A stretch of DNA of 64,000 nucleotides, from the NCBI GenBank assembly GCA_965261595.1, contig CBDHDG010000006.1:352001-416000 (forward strand), read 5' to 3'. Below the pieces are notes generated by a model, which made no database searches, was not told the origin of the DNA, and saw nothing but the letters and a program-made list of their open reading frames with translations. The translations under genes and the position numbers were made by a program. The stretch is from a bacterium (GTDB lineage Bacteria; UBA8248; JACPRG01; G963555815). Positions 39,418 to 49,174 of the stretch are shown here, piece after piece (position 1 is the stretch's first letter; every line of letters begins with the position of its first letter).

Positions 39418-39840
39418 TTATCCCCCCTCTCTCCCCCTCCCCCCCTTCCCCTCGGGCGGTTCGCCCTCCAGGATCACGCTGGCCAGGGCCAGGTCCCGGG
39501 AGTGGGACAGGCTCAGGTGCGCGCGGCGCACCCCCAGGGCGTCGGCCACATCACGGGCGACGCCCGTGAACCGCAGCGTCGGGGGGCCGCCCTCTTCCCG
39601 GAGGACCTCTACGTCTTTCCAGGTGATCCCGCGCGCCCACCCCACGCCCAGGGCCTTCAAGGCCGCCTCCTTCGCCGCGAAGCGGACCGCAAGGTGCTCA
39701 TCGGGACGTCCTTTCGACTCGCAGTAGGCCCGCTCTCCAGGCGTGAAGACGCGGCGGTGGAACCGCTCGCCGTACCGCTTGCCGGCTTGGGCCATCCGCT
39801 CGATTTCCAACAGGTCGGACCCGATCCCCAGAATCACCAC
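39418..39840 (-). CDS. acpS: Holo-ACP synthase
   Basis: GIGSDLLEIER, FTPGE, RFAAKEAALKALG, LSLSH; GTG start with GGAGG RBS. Confidence 0.93.
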   Translation of the reverse strand: MVILGIGSDLLEIERMAQAGKRYGERFHRRVFTPGERAYCESKGRPDEHLAVRFAAKEAALKALGVGWARGITWKDVEVLREEGGPPTLRFTGVARDVADALGVRRAHLSLSHSRDLALASVILEGEPPEGKGGRGREGG

Positions 39841-40006
39841 GCTTCTTCTCCTCCATGTTGGGCCGGCCGGGACGTTCTCGGTCCGAAAACGTCCGGTCCG
39901 AAAACGCGATGAGAAATTATAGGCCGATTCCGGTTTGACAGAAAAGTTACATCTCTCCCGTTGGATTCCACAGGCAAGGCGCATAAATTTGGAGTCGAGG
40001 TGAGCC

Positions 40007-41617
40007 ATGCGCATACATCAGAGCGGTGAGAAGAGGGCGCGGAGGCGATTCCAGATCATCCTGGGATTGAGCGTTTTGATCCCTTGCGCCCTCCTGGGCG
40101 CCCTCGCGGTGCACATCCTCCGCTCCCGCGAGGCCCAGATGCTCGAAATGGCCCGGTCCCGGACGCGGGCGACCGCGCGGATGGCGGTCTCGGCCGTCGA
40201 GAAGGCCGTGGCGGCGGAGACGGGTGAAATCCTGATGGGGTTCATGAAGGTTGTCCTCGAGCCCGGGCCCTCGTTGAACGAAACATTGAGCGCCTACCTC
40301 GCGGATCACCCCATGTCCGTCGCCGTCTTCGTATTCGGCCGGGAAGGAAAAGTGTCAGGCCGCGCCGTCTCGGGTCCGGGGGGAGAGGGGAAATCCGCCG
40401 CGGCGTTCCGCCCCGGGTCTCCCCTTCTTCAGCGCGTTTACGCCGCGGTCCGGAGCCGGCGGCGCGAAGGGCGGACGGATTTTTCTCTGCACGAGCGGGC
40501 GGGGGATCTCGATCTCCTGATCATTCATACCTCTCTGGGCAAACGCCCGGGCGCCCCCCCCGCCTCTCTCGCCGTCGTCTTGGACTGGGATTGGCTGAAA
40601 AGAAACGTGGTGGCCCCCGTCCTCAAGAGGCAGGCGGGGGGATCGGGCCTCACCATCCGGCTGAGCGGAAAGAAGGCGGGGACGCCGGCCGGGGCGTCCT
40701 CGGCGAGCGCGCCCTTTTCCGAAAGTGTGCCCCTGGGCGCCGTGGAGGTGGGCGGCGTCGAGGCGGCCATCCGCCGGTCGAGAAACCGGGACCGGGTCCT
40801 CCTGGGGGTCGGCCTCGCGCTGGTGTACGTGGTGGCGGCCGGGGGCGTCTCCTTCAGTTGGAGGGTGTTCAGGCGGGAGTGGGCGCTCAACCGCCTCAAG
40901 ACCGATTTCATGGCCAACGTCTCCCACGAGCTGAGGACGCCCCTGTCCCTCATCCGCATGTACGCCGAATCTCTTCTGCTGGGCAGGGTTTCGGATGAAA
41001 CCCGGCGGAACGAGTATCACCAAATCATCGTCCGGGAGACCGGCCGCCTCACGCACCTCATCAACAACGTCCTGGATTTTTCCGAAATCGAGTCGGACCG
41101 CAAGAAGTTCGAGTTCCGCCGGGCGAGCCTGGCGGAGGTGGTGCGGAAGGTTCTGGCCGATTACGGTCCGCATCTCGAACAGGCCGGGAAAAGGCTCGAC
41201 GCCCGCATCGCCGACGACGCGGCCAAGGCGCTCCTGGACGAAGGGGCCGTGACGCAGGCGCTGATCAACCTCCTCGACAACGCCGCGAAGTTCTCGCCGG
41301 ACCCATCCGAGATCACCGTCCGCGTCTACGCCGACGGCGGCCCGGCGCCGGGAAACCTGGTGCTGGAGGTGGCGGATCAGGGAAAAGGGATCGCCCCCGA
41401 TCAGCGCGCGCGCATCTTCGAGCCCTTCTACCGCGTGAATCCCGGAATCGCCCCCCGGGGAAGCGGATTGGGCCTGGCCGTCGTCCGGCACGTGGCCGAA
41501 GCCCACGGCGGGTCGGTCCGGGTCGAGCCGGTCCCGGGGGGCGGGAGCCGGTTCATCCTCCGTCTCCCGCGCGAAATAGAGCCCGCCGGCGGCGCCGCCC
41601 GGGGGGAAGACGCGTGA
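40007..41617 (+). CDS. Membrane sensor histidine kinase
   Basis: Two TM segments; SHELRTPL, NLLDNAAKF, DQGKGI, GSGLGL. Confidence 0.95.
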   Translation: MRIHQSGEKRARRRFQIILGLSVLIPCALLGALAVHILRSREAQMLEMARSRTRATARMAVSAVEKAVAAETGEILMGFMKVVLEPGPSLNETLSAYLADHPMSVAVFVFGREGKVSGRAVSGPGGEGKSAAAFRPGSPLLQRVYAAVRSRRREGRTDFSLHERAGDLDLLIIHTSLGKRPGAPPASLAVVLDWDWLKRNVVAPVLKRQAGGSGLTIRLSGKKAGTPAGASSASAPFSESVPLGAVEVGGVEAAIRRSRNRDRVLLGVGLALVYVVAAGGVSFSWRVFRREWALNRLKTDFMANVSHELRTPLSLIRMYAESLLLGRVSDETRRNEYHQIIVRETGRLTHLINNVLDFSEIESDRKKFEFRRASLAEVVRKVLADYGPHLEQAGKRLDARIADDAAKALLDEGAVTQALINLLDNAAKFSPDPSEITVRVYADGGPAPGNLVLEVADQGKGIAPDQRARIFEPFYRVNPGIAPRGSGLGLAVVRHVAEAHGGSVRVEPVPGGGSRFILRLPREIEPAGGAARGEDA

Positions 41618-42303
41618 AAAAGGCCCGGATTCTCGTGGTCGATGACGACCGGGACATGGTGCGGGGGCTGGAGGACAACCTCGCCCTCGAGGGCTACGAG
41701 GTCATCACCGCCGCGGACGGAGAGACGGGACTTGCGGCCGCGCTGACCGCCAAGCCGGACCTGGTCATCCTCGACATCCTGATGCCGGGGATGGACGGGT
41801 TGGACGTTTGCCGCCGGCTCCGCCGGCAGAACGCCGAGGTGCGGATCCTCCTCCTGACGGCCAAGGGGCAGGAGTCGGACAAGGTCCTGGGACTGGAGCT
41901 GGGGGCGGACGACTACATCCACAAACCCTTCGGCCTGCTCGAGCTCCTGGCCCGCGTGAAGGCCCACCTGAGAAGGGCGGGTCCGGAGGTCCGGACGGAA
42001 CCCTACCGGTTCGGCGACGCGCGCGTTGATCCCGTCCGGCGTGAAGCGACCCGGGCCGGCGTCCGCGTCGATCTCACCGCGAAGGAGTTCGATCTCCTCG
42101 TCTATTTCCTGGAGCACCCCGGCGAGGCCCTGAGCCGCGACCATCTGCTCGAAAACATCTGGGGGTATGAGCACTATCCCACGACTCGCACGGTGGACAA
42201 CCACGTCCTCAGGCTTCGGAAGAGCCTGGAGCCGGACCCCGCACATCCCCGCCACTTCCTCACGCTTCACAGCGTGGGCTACAAATTCGACCCCGGCGAT
42301 TAA
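41614..42303 (+). CDS. OmpR/PhoB-family response regulator
   Basis: LVVDDD, LDILMP, GADDYIHKPF, winged helix TRTVDNHVLRLR. Confidence 0.96.
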   Translation: MKKARILVVDDDRDMVRGLEDNLALEGYEVITAADGETGLAAALTAKPDLVILDILMPGMDGLDVCRRLRRQNAEVRILLLTAKGQESDKVLGLELGADDYIHKPFGLLELLARVKAHLRRAGPEVRTEPYRFGDARVDPVRREATRAGVRVDLTAKEFDLLVYFLEHPGEALSRDHLLENIWGYEHYPTTRTVDNHVLRLRKSLEPDPAHPRHFLTLHSVGYKFDPGD

Positions 42304-42323
42304 CGAACCCACCGGAACGCATT

Positions 42324-42352
42324 TTGACTCACCCTTGACATAACCGTGACAT
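42324..42352 (+). promoter_or_regulatory. Three TGAC direct repeats at 11-bp period; likely OmpR-family binding site overlapping a -35 box
   Basis: TTGACTC, TTGACAT, GTGACAT with TGAC at 42325, 42336, 42347. Confidence 0.6.
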
Positions 42353-42464
42353 CCCGAAGCCGCGCGGCGGCCATATTGGGTAGCGTGGTTCGTCCATGTC
42401 CATCCACCCAACCGGCCGCCCGACCCATCGGTCCCGATCGGCCCCCACCCGGGAGAAACCAATC

Positions 42465-42758
42465 ATGCGCAAGAGATTCGTCATTTCCGCAACCCTGGCC
42501 CTGTTATCCGCTCTCAGTATTCCCGCCCTTTCCGCCGAAATGAAAAAAGAGGGGATGATGAAGAAGGAAGGAATGGTCAAGAAAGAAGCCTCGATGAAAA
42601 CGGACGGAATGTCGAAGGACGATGGGATGATGAAGAAAACGGGAATGGCCAAGAAAGACCCCCCGATGAAGGCGAACGGAATGTCGAAGGACGATGGGGC
42701 GATGATGAAAGGCGACAAAACCAAGAAGACCGGAATGATGGACAAAGAATCGAAATAA
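42465..42758 (+). CDS. Secreted methionine-rich repeat protein (MXKDX-like)
   Basis: 24-aa signal peptide, then ~73 aa containing 15 Met in GMxKKE/GMSKDD repeats; directly upstream of msrP. Confidence 0.85.
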   Translation: MRKRFVISATLALLSALSIPALSAEMKKEGMMKKEGMVKKEASMKTDGMSKDDGMMKKTGMAKKDPPMKANGMSKDDGAMMKGDKTKKTGMMDKESK

Positions 42759-42769
42759 CAGACGGATTC

Positions 42770-42797
42770 GGACCCAAGGGTTCAAACCCTTGGGTCC
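42770..42797. repeat. Perfect 12-bp stem hairpin between the Met-rich gene and msrP
   Basis: GGACCCAAGGGT-TCAA-ACCCTTGGGTCC; no U-tract. Confidence 0.6.
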
Positions 42798-42887
42798 GGA
42801 CCCCTTGGTCCAATGATTCATACCCTGTAGGATAAAAGGGAGAGTTGTCCTTTCACCCCCATCGAGGGACGGGAAAAGGAGGAATCC

Positions 42888-43868
42888 ATGCACTACCTGA
42901 AAAAGCCGGAATGGTCGATCCCGGAGCGGGACGCGACCCCGGAATCCGTCTTCCTGGACCGCCGGAAATTTCTGGCGGGAAGCCTGGGCGTCGCCGCGGG
43001 GGGCATCCTGGGCGCGCACGGCCTCGCGGGGACCGCGGAGGCCAAGACCGATTCGCCCAAAGACATGACCTTGGACCTCTACCCGGCGAAGCGGAATCCC
43101 GCGTTCACCTTGGACCGTCCGCTGACCCTGGAGGCCGTGGCGGCCAAATACAACAACTTTTTCGAGTTCGGCGGGACGAAAACGATTCACCGTCTCTCCA
43201 AGCGCCTCAAGACCCGTCCCTGGCAGGTGGAGGTCGGGGGTCTCGTCCGCAACCCCAAGACCTACGACATCGACGACCTCATTCGCGCCATGCCGCTGGA
43301 AGAGCGCCTCTACCGGTTCCGGTGCGTGGAGGCGTGGGCCATGGCGATCCCGTGGACCGGTTTTCCGATCTCCGCCCTCATCAAGGCGGTCGAGCCGAAA
43401 AACAACGCCAAGTACATCAAGATGACCACGTTCCTGAAACGGACCGTGGCCCTCGGCCAGCTCCAGATCTGGTATCCCTGGCCCTACGTCGAGGCCCTGA
43501 CCATCGAGGAGGGGATGAACGACCTCGCCCTGTTCGTGACCGGCATCTACGGCAAGCCCCTGCCCCAGCAGCACGGCGCGCCCATCCGGCTCATTACGCC
43601 GTGGAAATACGGTTTCAAAAGCGTCAAGTCCATCGTCTCCATCGAGTTCACGGAGAAGCGGCCGAAGAGCTTTTGGGAAAAGCTCGCCCCCAACGAATAC
43701 GGCTTCTGGGCGAACGTGAACCCCAAATTCCCCCACCCGCGCTGGTCGCAGGCATCCGAGCGGATGCTCGGCACCGACGTGCGCAGACCCACGCGGGTCT
43801 TCAACGGCTACGGGAAGTGGGTCGCCTCGATGTACCCGAACATGAAGGAGCGCAAGTACTTCATGTAG
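42888..43868 (+). CDS. msrP: Periplasmic protein-methionine-sulfoxide reductase, catalytic Mo subunit
   Basis: Tat motif DRRKFL; YNNFFEFG, ERLYRFRCVEAW, PWKYGFKSVKSI, HPRWSQASE. Confidence 0.95.
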   Translation: MHYLKKPEWSIPERDATPESVFLDRRKFLAGSLGVAAGGILGAHGLAGTAEAKTDSPKDMTLDLYPAKRNPAFTLDRPLTLEAVAAKYNNFFEFGGTKTIHRLSKRLKTRPWQVEVGGLVRNPKTYDIDDLIRAMPLEERLYRFRCVEAWAMAIPWTGFPISALIKAVEPKNNAKYIKMTTFLKRTVALGQLQIWYPWPYVEALTIEEGMNDLALFVTGIYGKPLPQQHGAPIRLITPWKYGFKSVKSIVSIEFTEKRPKSFWEKLAPNEYGFWANVNPKFPHPRWSQASERMLGTDVRRPTRVFNGYGKWVASMYPNMKERKYFM

Positions 43869-43976
43869 CGAGCCCGCGGGCCGCCGGATCCCCCCCCCCG
43901 ATGCTCAGGGGTTTCGGGCGGAGGGCGCGTCCTTCGCCCGAAACCCGTTTTTGGATACCGTTGAATCGAAGCGACA

Positions 43977-45263
43977 ATGAGCTCGAGGCAGGCAAACCCT
44001 TCCGCCGTATACGCCAACGCCAAAGGCGAAATCTTCGACGTTCCCAATCTGGAAATGGCGGGCCTTTCTGGGGGAAACCTGGTCCGCCCGGACGATGAGG
44101 ACCTGACCCCCCTTCCGGACGGAAGCAAGTTCTTTCTCCTGCCCGGCGGGCGGCCCGTCGGCTGGGACCCTCAAGGCAAGGCGTTTTCCCCGGCCCCGGA
44201 GGGCCTGACGGCCGTATCGGCCTTCCCGGCCCCGGGCTTTGCCCGCACCCTGCTTCCCGCCGTGGACTTTTCCGGCGCGCGGACGCCGCTTCCCCTGTGG
44301 GCGTACACCGCGATTGGATGGAGAGAAGACGGATTCGTGGCCGCCGCCGTCCGGGTGGACCCGAGCCCCAAGCAGGACCCCGGGCGCTACGACGATCGTG
44401 ATCTGGAGGTCCTCGTGAAACGCCGGCTCGCGGAAGACCCGGACAACCGGCTCCTGGCTCATGTGGCCCATTGCGCAACCCAATACCACTGCTTCGCGGC
44501 CAAGAACCTCTTCTACCGGCGGTGGGAGGCGCCCTTGCCGACAACGGCCGTGTGCAACGCCGACTGCGTGGGGTGCATCTCCTTCCAGCCGGACGGGGAG
44601 TTCCCCGCCTCCCACAACCGGATCGCCTTCATCCCCGAGGTGGAGGAGCTCGCCGCGTTGGCCGCGCCCCATCTGAACGAGGCGGAGGACGCCATCGTCA
44701 GCTTCGGCCAGGGCTGCGACGGGGACCCCTTGATGCAGACCCCGCTCCTGAAGGCGGCCATCGGGCGCATCCGCTCGGAAACGGACCGGGGCGCGATCCA
44801 CCTGAACACCAACGGGAGCCTGCCGGGCGCCCTGACGGAGCTGGCCCGGGCGGGGCTGGACAGCGTCCGCGTCAGTCTCAACAGCGCGCGGGAGGAGGTC
44901 TATGCCCCTTATTATCGGCCGAAGGATTACCGCTTCTCCGACGTCCGGGAGACCCTCCGCCGGGCGGCGGCCGAGGGGCTGTTCGTGTCGCTGAATTATC
45001 TGATCTTTCCCGGCGTGACCGACCGGGAGGAGGAGATGGAGGCCCTGGAAGCCCTCATCGAGGGGTCGGGTCTTCACATGGTCCAAACGAAGAACCTCTG
45101 CATCGACCCGGCGCTTTACCTGAACACCGTCCCCCCCGCACGGGGCGGGGTCATCGGAATCGCGGGCTTTCTGGATCGGCTCCGGGAGCGGTTTCCGTCC
45201 CTGGACGTGGGCTATTTCAACCGGCCGAAGGAGCGGTTTCCGTTCGTCCGGGGCGGCGAGTAA
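43977..45263 (+). CDS. Radical SAM protein, function unknown
   Basis: CNADCVGC (CxxxCxxC), SFGQGCDGDP, NTNGS. Confidence 0.88.
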   Translation: MSSRQANPSAVYANAKGEIFDVPNLEMAGLSGGNLVRPDDEDLTPLPDGSKFFLLPGGRPVGWDPQGKAFSPAPEGLTAVSAFPAPGFARTLLPAVDFSGARTPLPLWAYTAIGWREDGFVAAAVRVDPSPKQDPGRYDDRDLEVLVKRRLAEDPDNRLLAHVAHCATQYHCFAAKNLFYRRWEAPLPTTAVCNADCVGCISFQPDGEFPASHNRIAFIPEVEELAALAAPHLNEAEDAIVSFGQGCDGDPLMQTPLLKAAIGRIRSETDRGAIHLNTNGSLPGALTELARAGLDSVRVSLNSAREEVYAPYYRPKDYRFSDVRETLRRAAAEGLFVSLNYLIFPGVTDREEEMEALEALIEGSGLHMVQTKNLCIDPALYLNTVPPARGGVIGIAGFLDRLRERFPSLDVGYFNRPKERFPFVRGGE

Positions 45264-45353
45264 CGGTCGAGGGGTGAAACGGCCGAGCCGCCCTGGTGGA
45301 ATCCCGAAAGGGATGGAAAACCCGCTCCCTCCCCCTTCCCCCCTACTCTCTCC

Positions 45354-45722
45354 CTACCCCACCCGCTGGATATAGTTCACAAGGATGCTGGTCGATAAGT
45401 ATTCCAGGTCCACCGGCTTTGTGACGTAATCGTCGGCCCCGTTCTGAACGGCGCTCCGGGCCAGGTGTTCATCCCGGACGGCCGAGACCATGATGACCCG
45501 CACCTCCGGGTCCTCCGACTTGATGTGATGGAGGGCGTCGATGCCGGTCATCCCGGGCATCATGATATCCAGCAAAATGAGGTGCGGCCGAAAGGCGGCC
45601 TGGCTCTTCAAGCCTCTTTGGCATTCAGGGAGACTTGAACGTCGTGCTCCTATGGATGTCAGATATTTCTTCAGGACGCGACAGACATCCGGCTCGTCGT
45701 CAACGATCAGTATCCTGGCCAT
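45354..45722 (-). CDS. Single-domain response regulator (internal compensated frameshifts likely)
   Basis: ILIVDDE, LLDIMMP, MVSA, YVTKP. Confidence 0.85.
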   Translation of the reverse strand: MARILIVDDEPDVCRVLKKYLTSIGARRSSLPECQRGLKSQAAFRPHLILLDIMMPGMTGIDALHHIKSEDPEVRVIMVSAVRDEHLARSAVQNGADDYVTKPVDLEYLSTSILVNYIQRVG

Positions 45723-46117
45723 CCATTCACCTCTGAATTGAATGCATCACCCGGAACATCGAACCCGACGGGTGGTCGGCCCCTTTCAATCAATTCGCGC
45801 TGGTCGATGGTCTCTGGTCCGAGCAGGCGGATTCCCGCCTCTCATTTTCCTAATATGGATTTCCAATACCAAAATCGATAGTGGAGAATTGGTAAAATTT
45901 CGTTACGTTGGCCCCAAAGGATCCGCTCGATCTTTTCCCCTTTTTCCCGCGTCATTCACCGAATGCCCGCTGAACCGCCGGACGGAGAGCCCCGGCTCAT
46001 TCTCGCCTAAGGCGCCGAGCAGCGGCCGGCGGCGGCGAATTTTTTCGAAAAAAAAGAGCCCGCATTCAACGGGCCCTGGAAACGCTTGATTCGGACAACC
46101 GAATTTGGGGACGGCGG

Positions 46118-46405
46118 CTACTCGAACAAGTCGGGCTCTTCCTCACGTAAGATGCACTCGGCGACCCGGAAGCTGTCCACCCGGTACGTTCCGTTTCGGA
46201 CGGCCCGCTTAATTTCCTTCACCCGCCGCGCGCGCGCTTCGTCGTCCAGCTTTCTGAGCGAATGGATGTCGCGCAAAGCGATGGCCGCCTCGGAAAGCTT
46301 CAGGTCATAGTGGGGGCTCGTTTCCACCGGGACCCTGCGGGTCATGCGCGAGAGCCCCCGGCGGGTGTGGTCGGCGTCTTGATAAAAGCGCTTCGGTGGT
46401 CCCAT
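46118..46405 (-). CDS. flgM: FlgM-like anti-sigma-28 factor
   Basis: DLKLSEAA...RARRVKEIKRAVRNGTYRVDSFRVAECIL matches the FlgM C-terminal motif; start uncertain. Confidence 0.7.
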   Translation of the reverse strand: MGPPKRFYQDADHTRRGLSRMTRRVPVETSPHYDLKLSEAAIALRDIHSLRKLDDEARARRVKEIKRAVRNGTYRVDSFRVAECILREEEPDLFE

Positions 46406-46743
46406 CCGAGCTTGCCGCGCTCCGGATTGATGGAATTGATACTAAAATTAGAAACGGAGGCATCTTACCAGAAACGCTCCCGCATCGCAACCCCCAAGGG
46501 GGGAGCGTCTTGTTTGGAAATCCGGAGAGGGTTTGTTCCCCACCGGGTCTTGAGGCGGGGATTGGGGGACGACCGGATCCCTCCCGAGAGCGGGAAGCTC
46601 ATTTGAAGGGCTGAAATTCATTTGTAAAAATGTGGCGGCGATTGAGAGCCGACTCTAAATAGGCGGGGAACATCGATATCGGAATTCCTACACGACAGGC
46701 GTGCGGGACTGAGATCGAAAAAGTATTGATTGGAGAAGTGCAA

Positions 46744-46953
46744 GTGGTTCAAGGAACAGTAAAGTGGTTTAACGACTCGAAAGGTTTTGGTTTCATCTCG
46801 CCCGGGGAAGGTGAAGAAGACGTTTTTGTTCACCACACGGCCATTCAAGGAGAGGGCTTCAAGTCCCTGACAGAAGGAGATTCCGTCTCCTTCGACATCA
46901 CGGAGGGTCCAAAGGGACTCCAGGCATCCAACGTGCAGAAGTTGTCGGGTTAA
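46744..46953 (+). CDS. Cold-shock protein (CspA family)
   Basis: [27 protein letters not shown] start after GGAGA. Confidence 0.96.
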   Translation: MVQGTVKWFNDSKGFGFISPGEGEEDVFVHHTAIQGEGFKSLTEGDSVSFDITEGPKGLQASNVQKLSG

Positions 46954-46977
46954 TTACAAATACCGGACAGAAGATTC

Positions 46978-47011
46978 AAAAAGGCGGCCTGGTTACAGGC
47001 CGCCTTTTTTT
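46978..47011 (+). terminator. Intrinsic terminator
   Basis: AAAAAGGCGGCCTG-GTTA-CAGGCCGCCTTTTTTT. Confidence 0.9.
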
Positions 47012-47127
47012 ATTTTCGATGCCGCCGACAGAGAGGGCTGTCATCCGGATTCGGCGGCGACCCGGCCGGGAACGGGAAAATCCACACCCTCAAACCTTGT
47101 GGCCGATTCCCCATGAGGTTGCCCGCT

Positions 47128-47156
47128 TTGACTTCCAGTCCGCGGGGCTATATCCT
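47128..47156 (+). promoter_or_regulatory. Putative sigma70 promoter of hflKC
   Basis: TTGACT-17 bp-TATCCT. Confidence 0.5.
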
Positions 47157-47196
47157 GACACCACGTTGAACGGAACCCTTGATTGGAGGATTGATT

Positions 47197-48234
47197 GTGG
47201 ACTGGGATGAATTCAGAAACCGCCGAAAGCCCGACGGGGGAGGGGGAGAGGGTCCACAGTTCCAACTGCCGAACATCAAGCTGCCCGATATTGGAAAGCT
47301 GGGGGTTTGGGGCCTGATTGTTGTCGCCTTGCTCATCTGGATCGCCACGGGGATCTACACCGTGGGTCCGGACGAGCAGGGGGTGGTGCTGCGGTTCGGT
47401 AAGATAAACACCATCACGGGCCCGGGTCTCAACTATCACCTCCCTTACCCCTTCGAGACCGTCTTCAAACCGAAGGTGACCGAGGTCAAGCGGATCGAGG
47501 TCGGCTTCCGGACGCTCGACCCCGGTCCGCCGGCCCGCTACGCCGACCGTCCCCAGGAATCCCTGATGCTGACCGGTGACGAGAACATTGTGGACGTCGA
47601 CCTCATCGTCCAGTACCGAATCGCCGACGCGGCCAAGTTCCTGTTCCATGTCAAGGACCCAGACGGGACGGTGCGCAAGGCGACCGAAGCGGCCATCCGC
47701 GAGGTGGTCGGGAGCAAGATCATCGACGAGACCCTCACAACGGGCAAGGACCAGATCCAAGCCGAGACCATGGCGCTCGTCCAGAAGATCCTGGACCGGT
47801 ACGATTCCGGGCTCCTCATCATGGCCGTCCAGCTCCAGGACGTGAACCCGCCCACGCAGGTCCGGGACGCATTCATCGACGTGGCGAGCGCCCGCGAGGA
47901 CAAAAACCGGATCATCAACGAGGCCCAGGGCTACAGAAACGCCATCATCCCGGAGACCCGCGGAAAGGTGTCCCAGGTCATCAACGAGGCCCAGGGCTAC
48001 CGCGCCGAGAAGACCCGAAAGGCGACCGGAGACGCCGACCGTTTCAAGCAGATCCTGCGCGAATACCAGAAGGCCAAGAGCGTCACCCGCAAGCGGCTCT
48101 ACCTGGAAACCATGGAAGAGATCCTGCCGGGGATCAAGAAGATCATCCTGGACCAGAGTAAAGGGAGGGGGGTCCTTCCCATCCTCCCGCTGGGAGACAG
48201 CGGCTCGCTGACCGGCCTGAAGGGGACCCGTTAA
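47197..48234 (+). CDS. hflK: FtsH modulator HflK
   Basis: GVVLRFG, MLTGDENIV, VRDAFIDV...AREDK, TRKRLYLETME; GTG after GGAGGA. Confidence 0.95.
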   Translation: MDWDEFRNRRKPDGGGGEGPQFQLPNIKLPDIGKLGVWGLIVVALLIWIATGIYTVGPDEQGVVLRFGKINTITGPGLNYHLPYPFETVFKPKVTEVKRIEVGFRTLDPGPPARYADRPQESLMLTGDENIVDVDLIVQYRIADAAKFLFHVKDPDGTVRKATEAAIREVVGSKIIDETLTTGKDQIQAETMALVQKILDRYDSGLLIMAVQLQDVNPPTQVRDAFIDVASAREDKNRIINEAQGYRNAIIPETRGKVSQVINEAQGYRAEKTRKATGDADRFKQILREYQKAKSVTRKRLYLETMEEILPGIKKIILDQSKGRGVLPILPLGDSGSLTGLKGTR

Positions 48235-49089
48235 ATGCAAAAGCGCCAAGTGATCGCCCTGGTCATCCTCATCGCGGTCTTGATCGGTGTGCGTTCGACC
48301 GCGTTCATCGTCAACGAGGGACAGCAGGCCATCGTGTTGCAGCTGGGCAGGCCCGTGGGGGGCGTAAAGACGCCGGGTCTGCACTTCAAGACGCCGTTCA
48401 TTCAGAATATCCGGTTCTTCGACCGGCGAATCCTCGAGTATGACGCCACCGCCCGGCCCATCATCACGAAGGACAAGAAAACCCTCGTGGTGGACAACTT
48501 CGCCAAGTGGCAGATCATCGACCCCCTGAAATTCCTCCAGACCGTGCGGACCGAAGGAGGCGCCCAATCCCGCTTGGACGACATCGTCTACTCCGAGCTT
48601 CGCGTCGACCTGGCCCGAAAAACCCTGGTGGAAATCGTCACCAAAGACAGGGCCGAGATAATGGGGTTGGTTGCCCGGCGCAGTGACGCGAAGGCCCGGG
48701 ACTACGGCATCCGGATTGTGGACGTCCGGATCAAGCGCGCCGACCTGCCGCCGGAGAACGAGAAGGCCATCTTCGGCCGGATGCAGGCCGAGCGCCAGCG
48801 GATCGCCAGGCAGTACCGCTCCGAGGGACAGGAGCAGGCCCTGAAAATCCGGGCCGAAACCGACAAGGAGAAGACCATCCTCCTCGCCGACGCGTATCAG
48901 AAAGAGCAGCAGATGCGCGGAGAGGGGGACGCCAAGGCCATCTCGATTTACGCCGATGCCTTCGAAAAGGACCCGGAATTCTATGGGTTCCTGCGGACGT
49001 TGGAGGCCTACAAAAAATCGCTGAAAACCGGGACGACCCTCCTGATGCCCGCCCAGTCCGATTTCCTCAAGCATCTTTTCAAAGAGTAA
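48235..49089 (+). CDS. hflC: FtsH modulator HflC
   Basis: PGLHFKTPF, TKDKK.LVVD, DVRIKRADLP, RMQAER, DPEFYGFLRTLEAY. Confidence 0.95.
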   Translation: MQKRQVIALVILIAVLIGVRSTAFIVNEGQQAIVLQLGRPVGGVKTPGLHFKTPFIQNIRFFDRRILEYDATARPIITKDKKTLVVDNFAKWQIIDPLKFLQTVRTEGGAQSRLDDIVYSELRVDLARKTLVEIVTKDRAEIMGLVARRSDAKARDYGIRIVDVRIKRADLPPENEKAIFGRMQAERQRIARQYRSEGQEQALKIRAETDKEKTILLADAYQKEQQMRGEGDAKAISIYADAFEKDPEFYGFLRTLEAYKKSLKTGTTLLMPAQSDFLKHLFKE

Positions 49090-49174
49090 CCGCCGGCGCC
49101 GTCCCGGGAGGAACGGGTTGGGACGGCTTCGTGGGGGAACCTGTCCTGGCCGCGAGCGTTCAACCTTCTAATCC

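Noticed and set aside
38944..39912. 322-aa ORF overlapping acpS
   Set aside because: Only ~39212-39330 is meaningful, as the frameshifted M28 C-terminus; the rest is antisense to acpS.
42540..42750. Repeats resembling a tandem or CRISPR array
   Set aside because: In-frame coding repeats of the Met-rich protein; no spacers and no cas genes.
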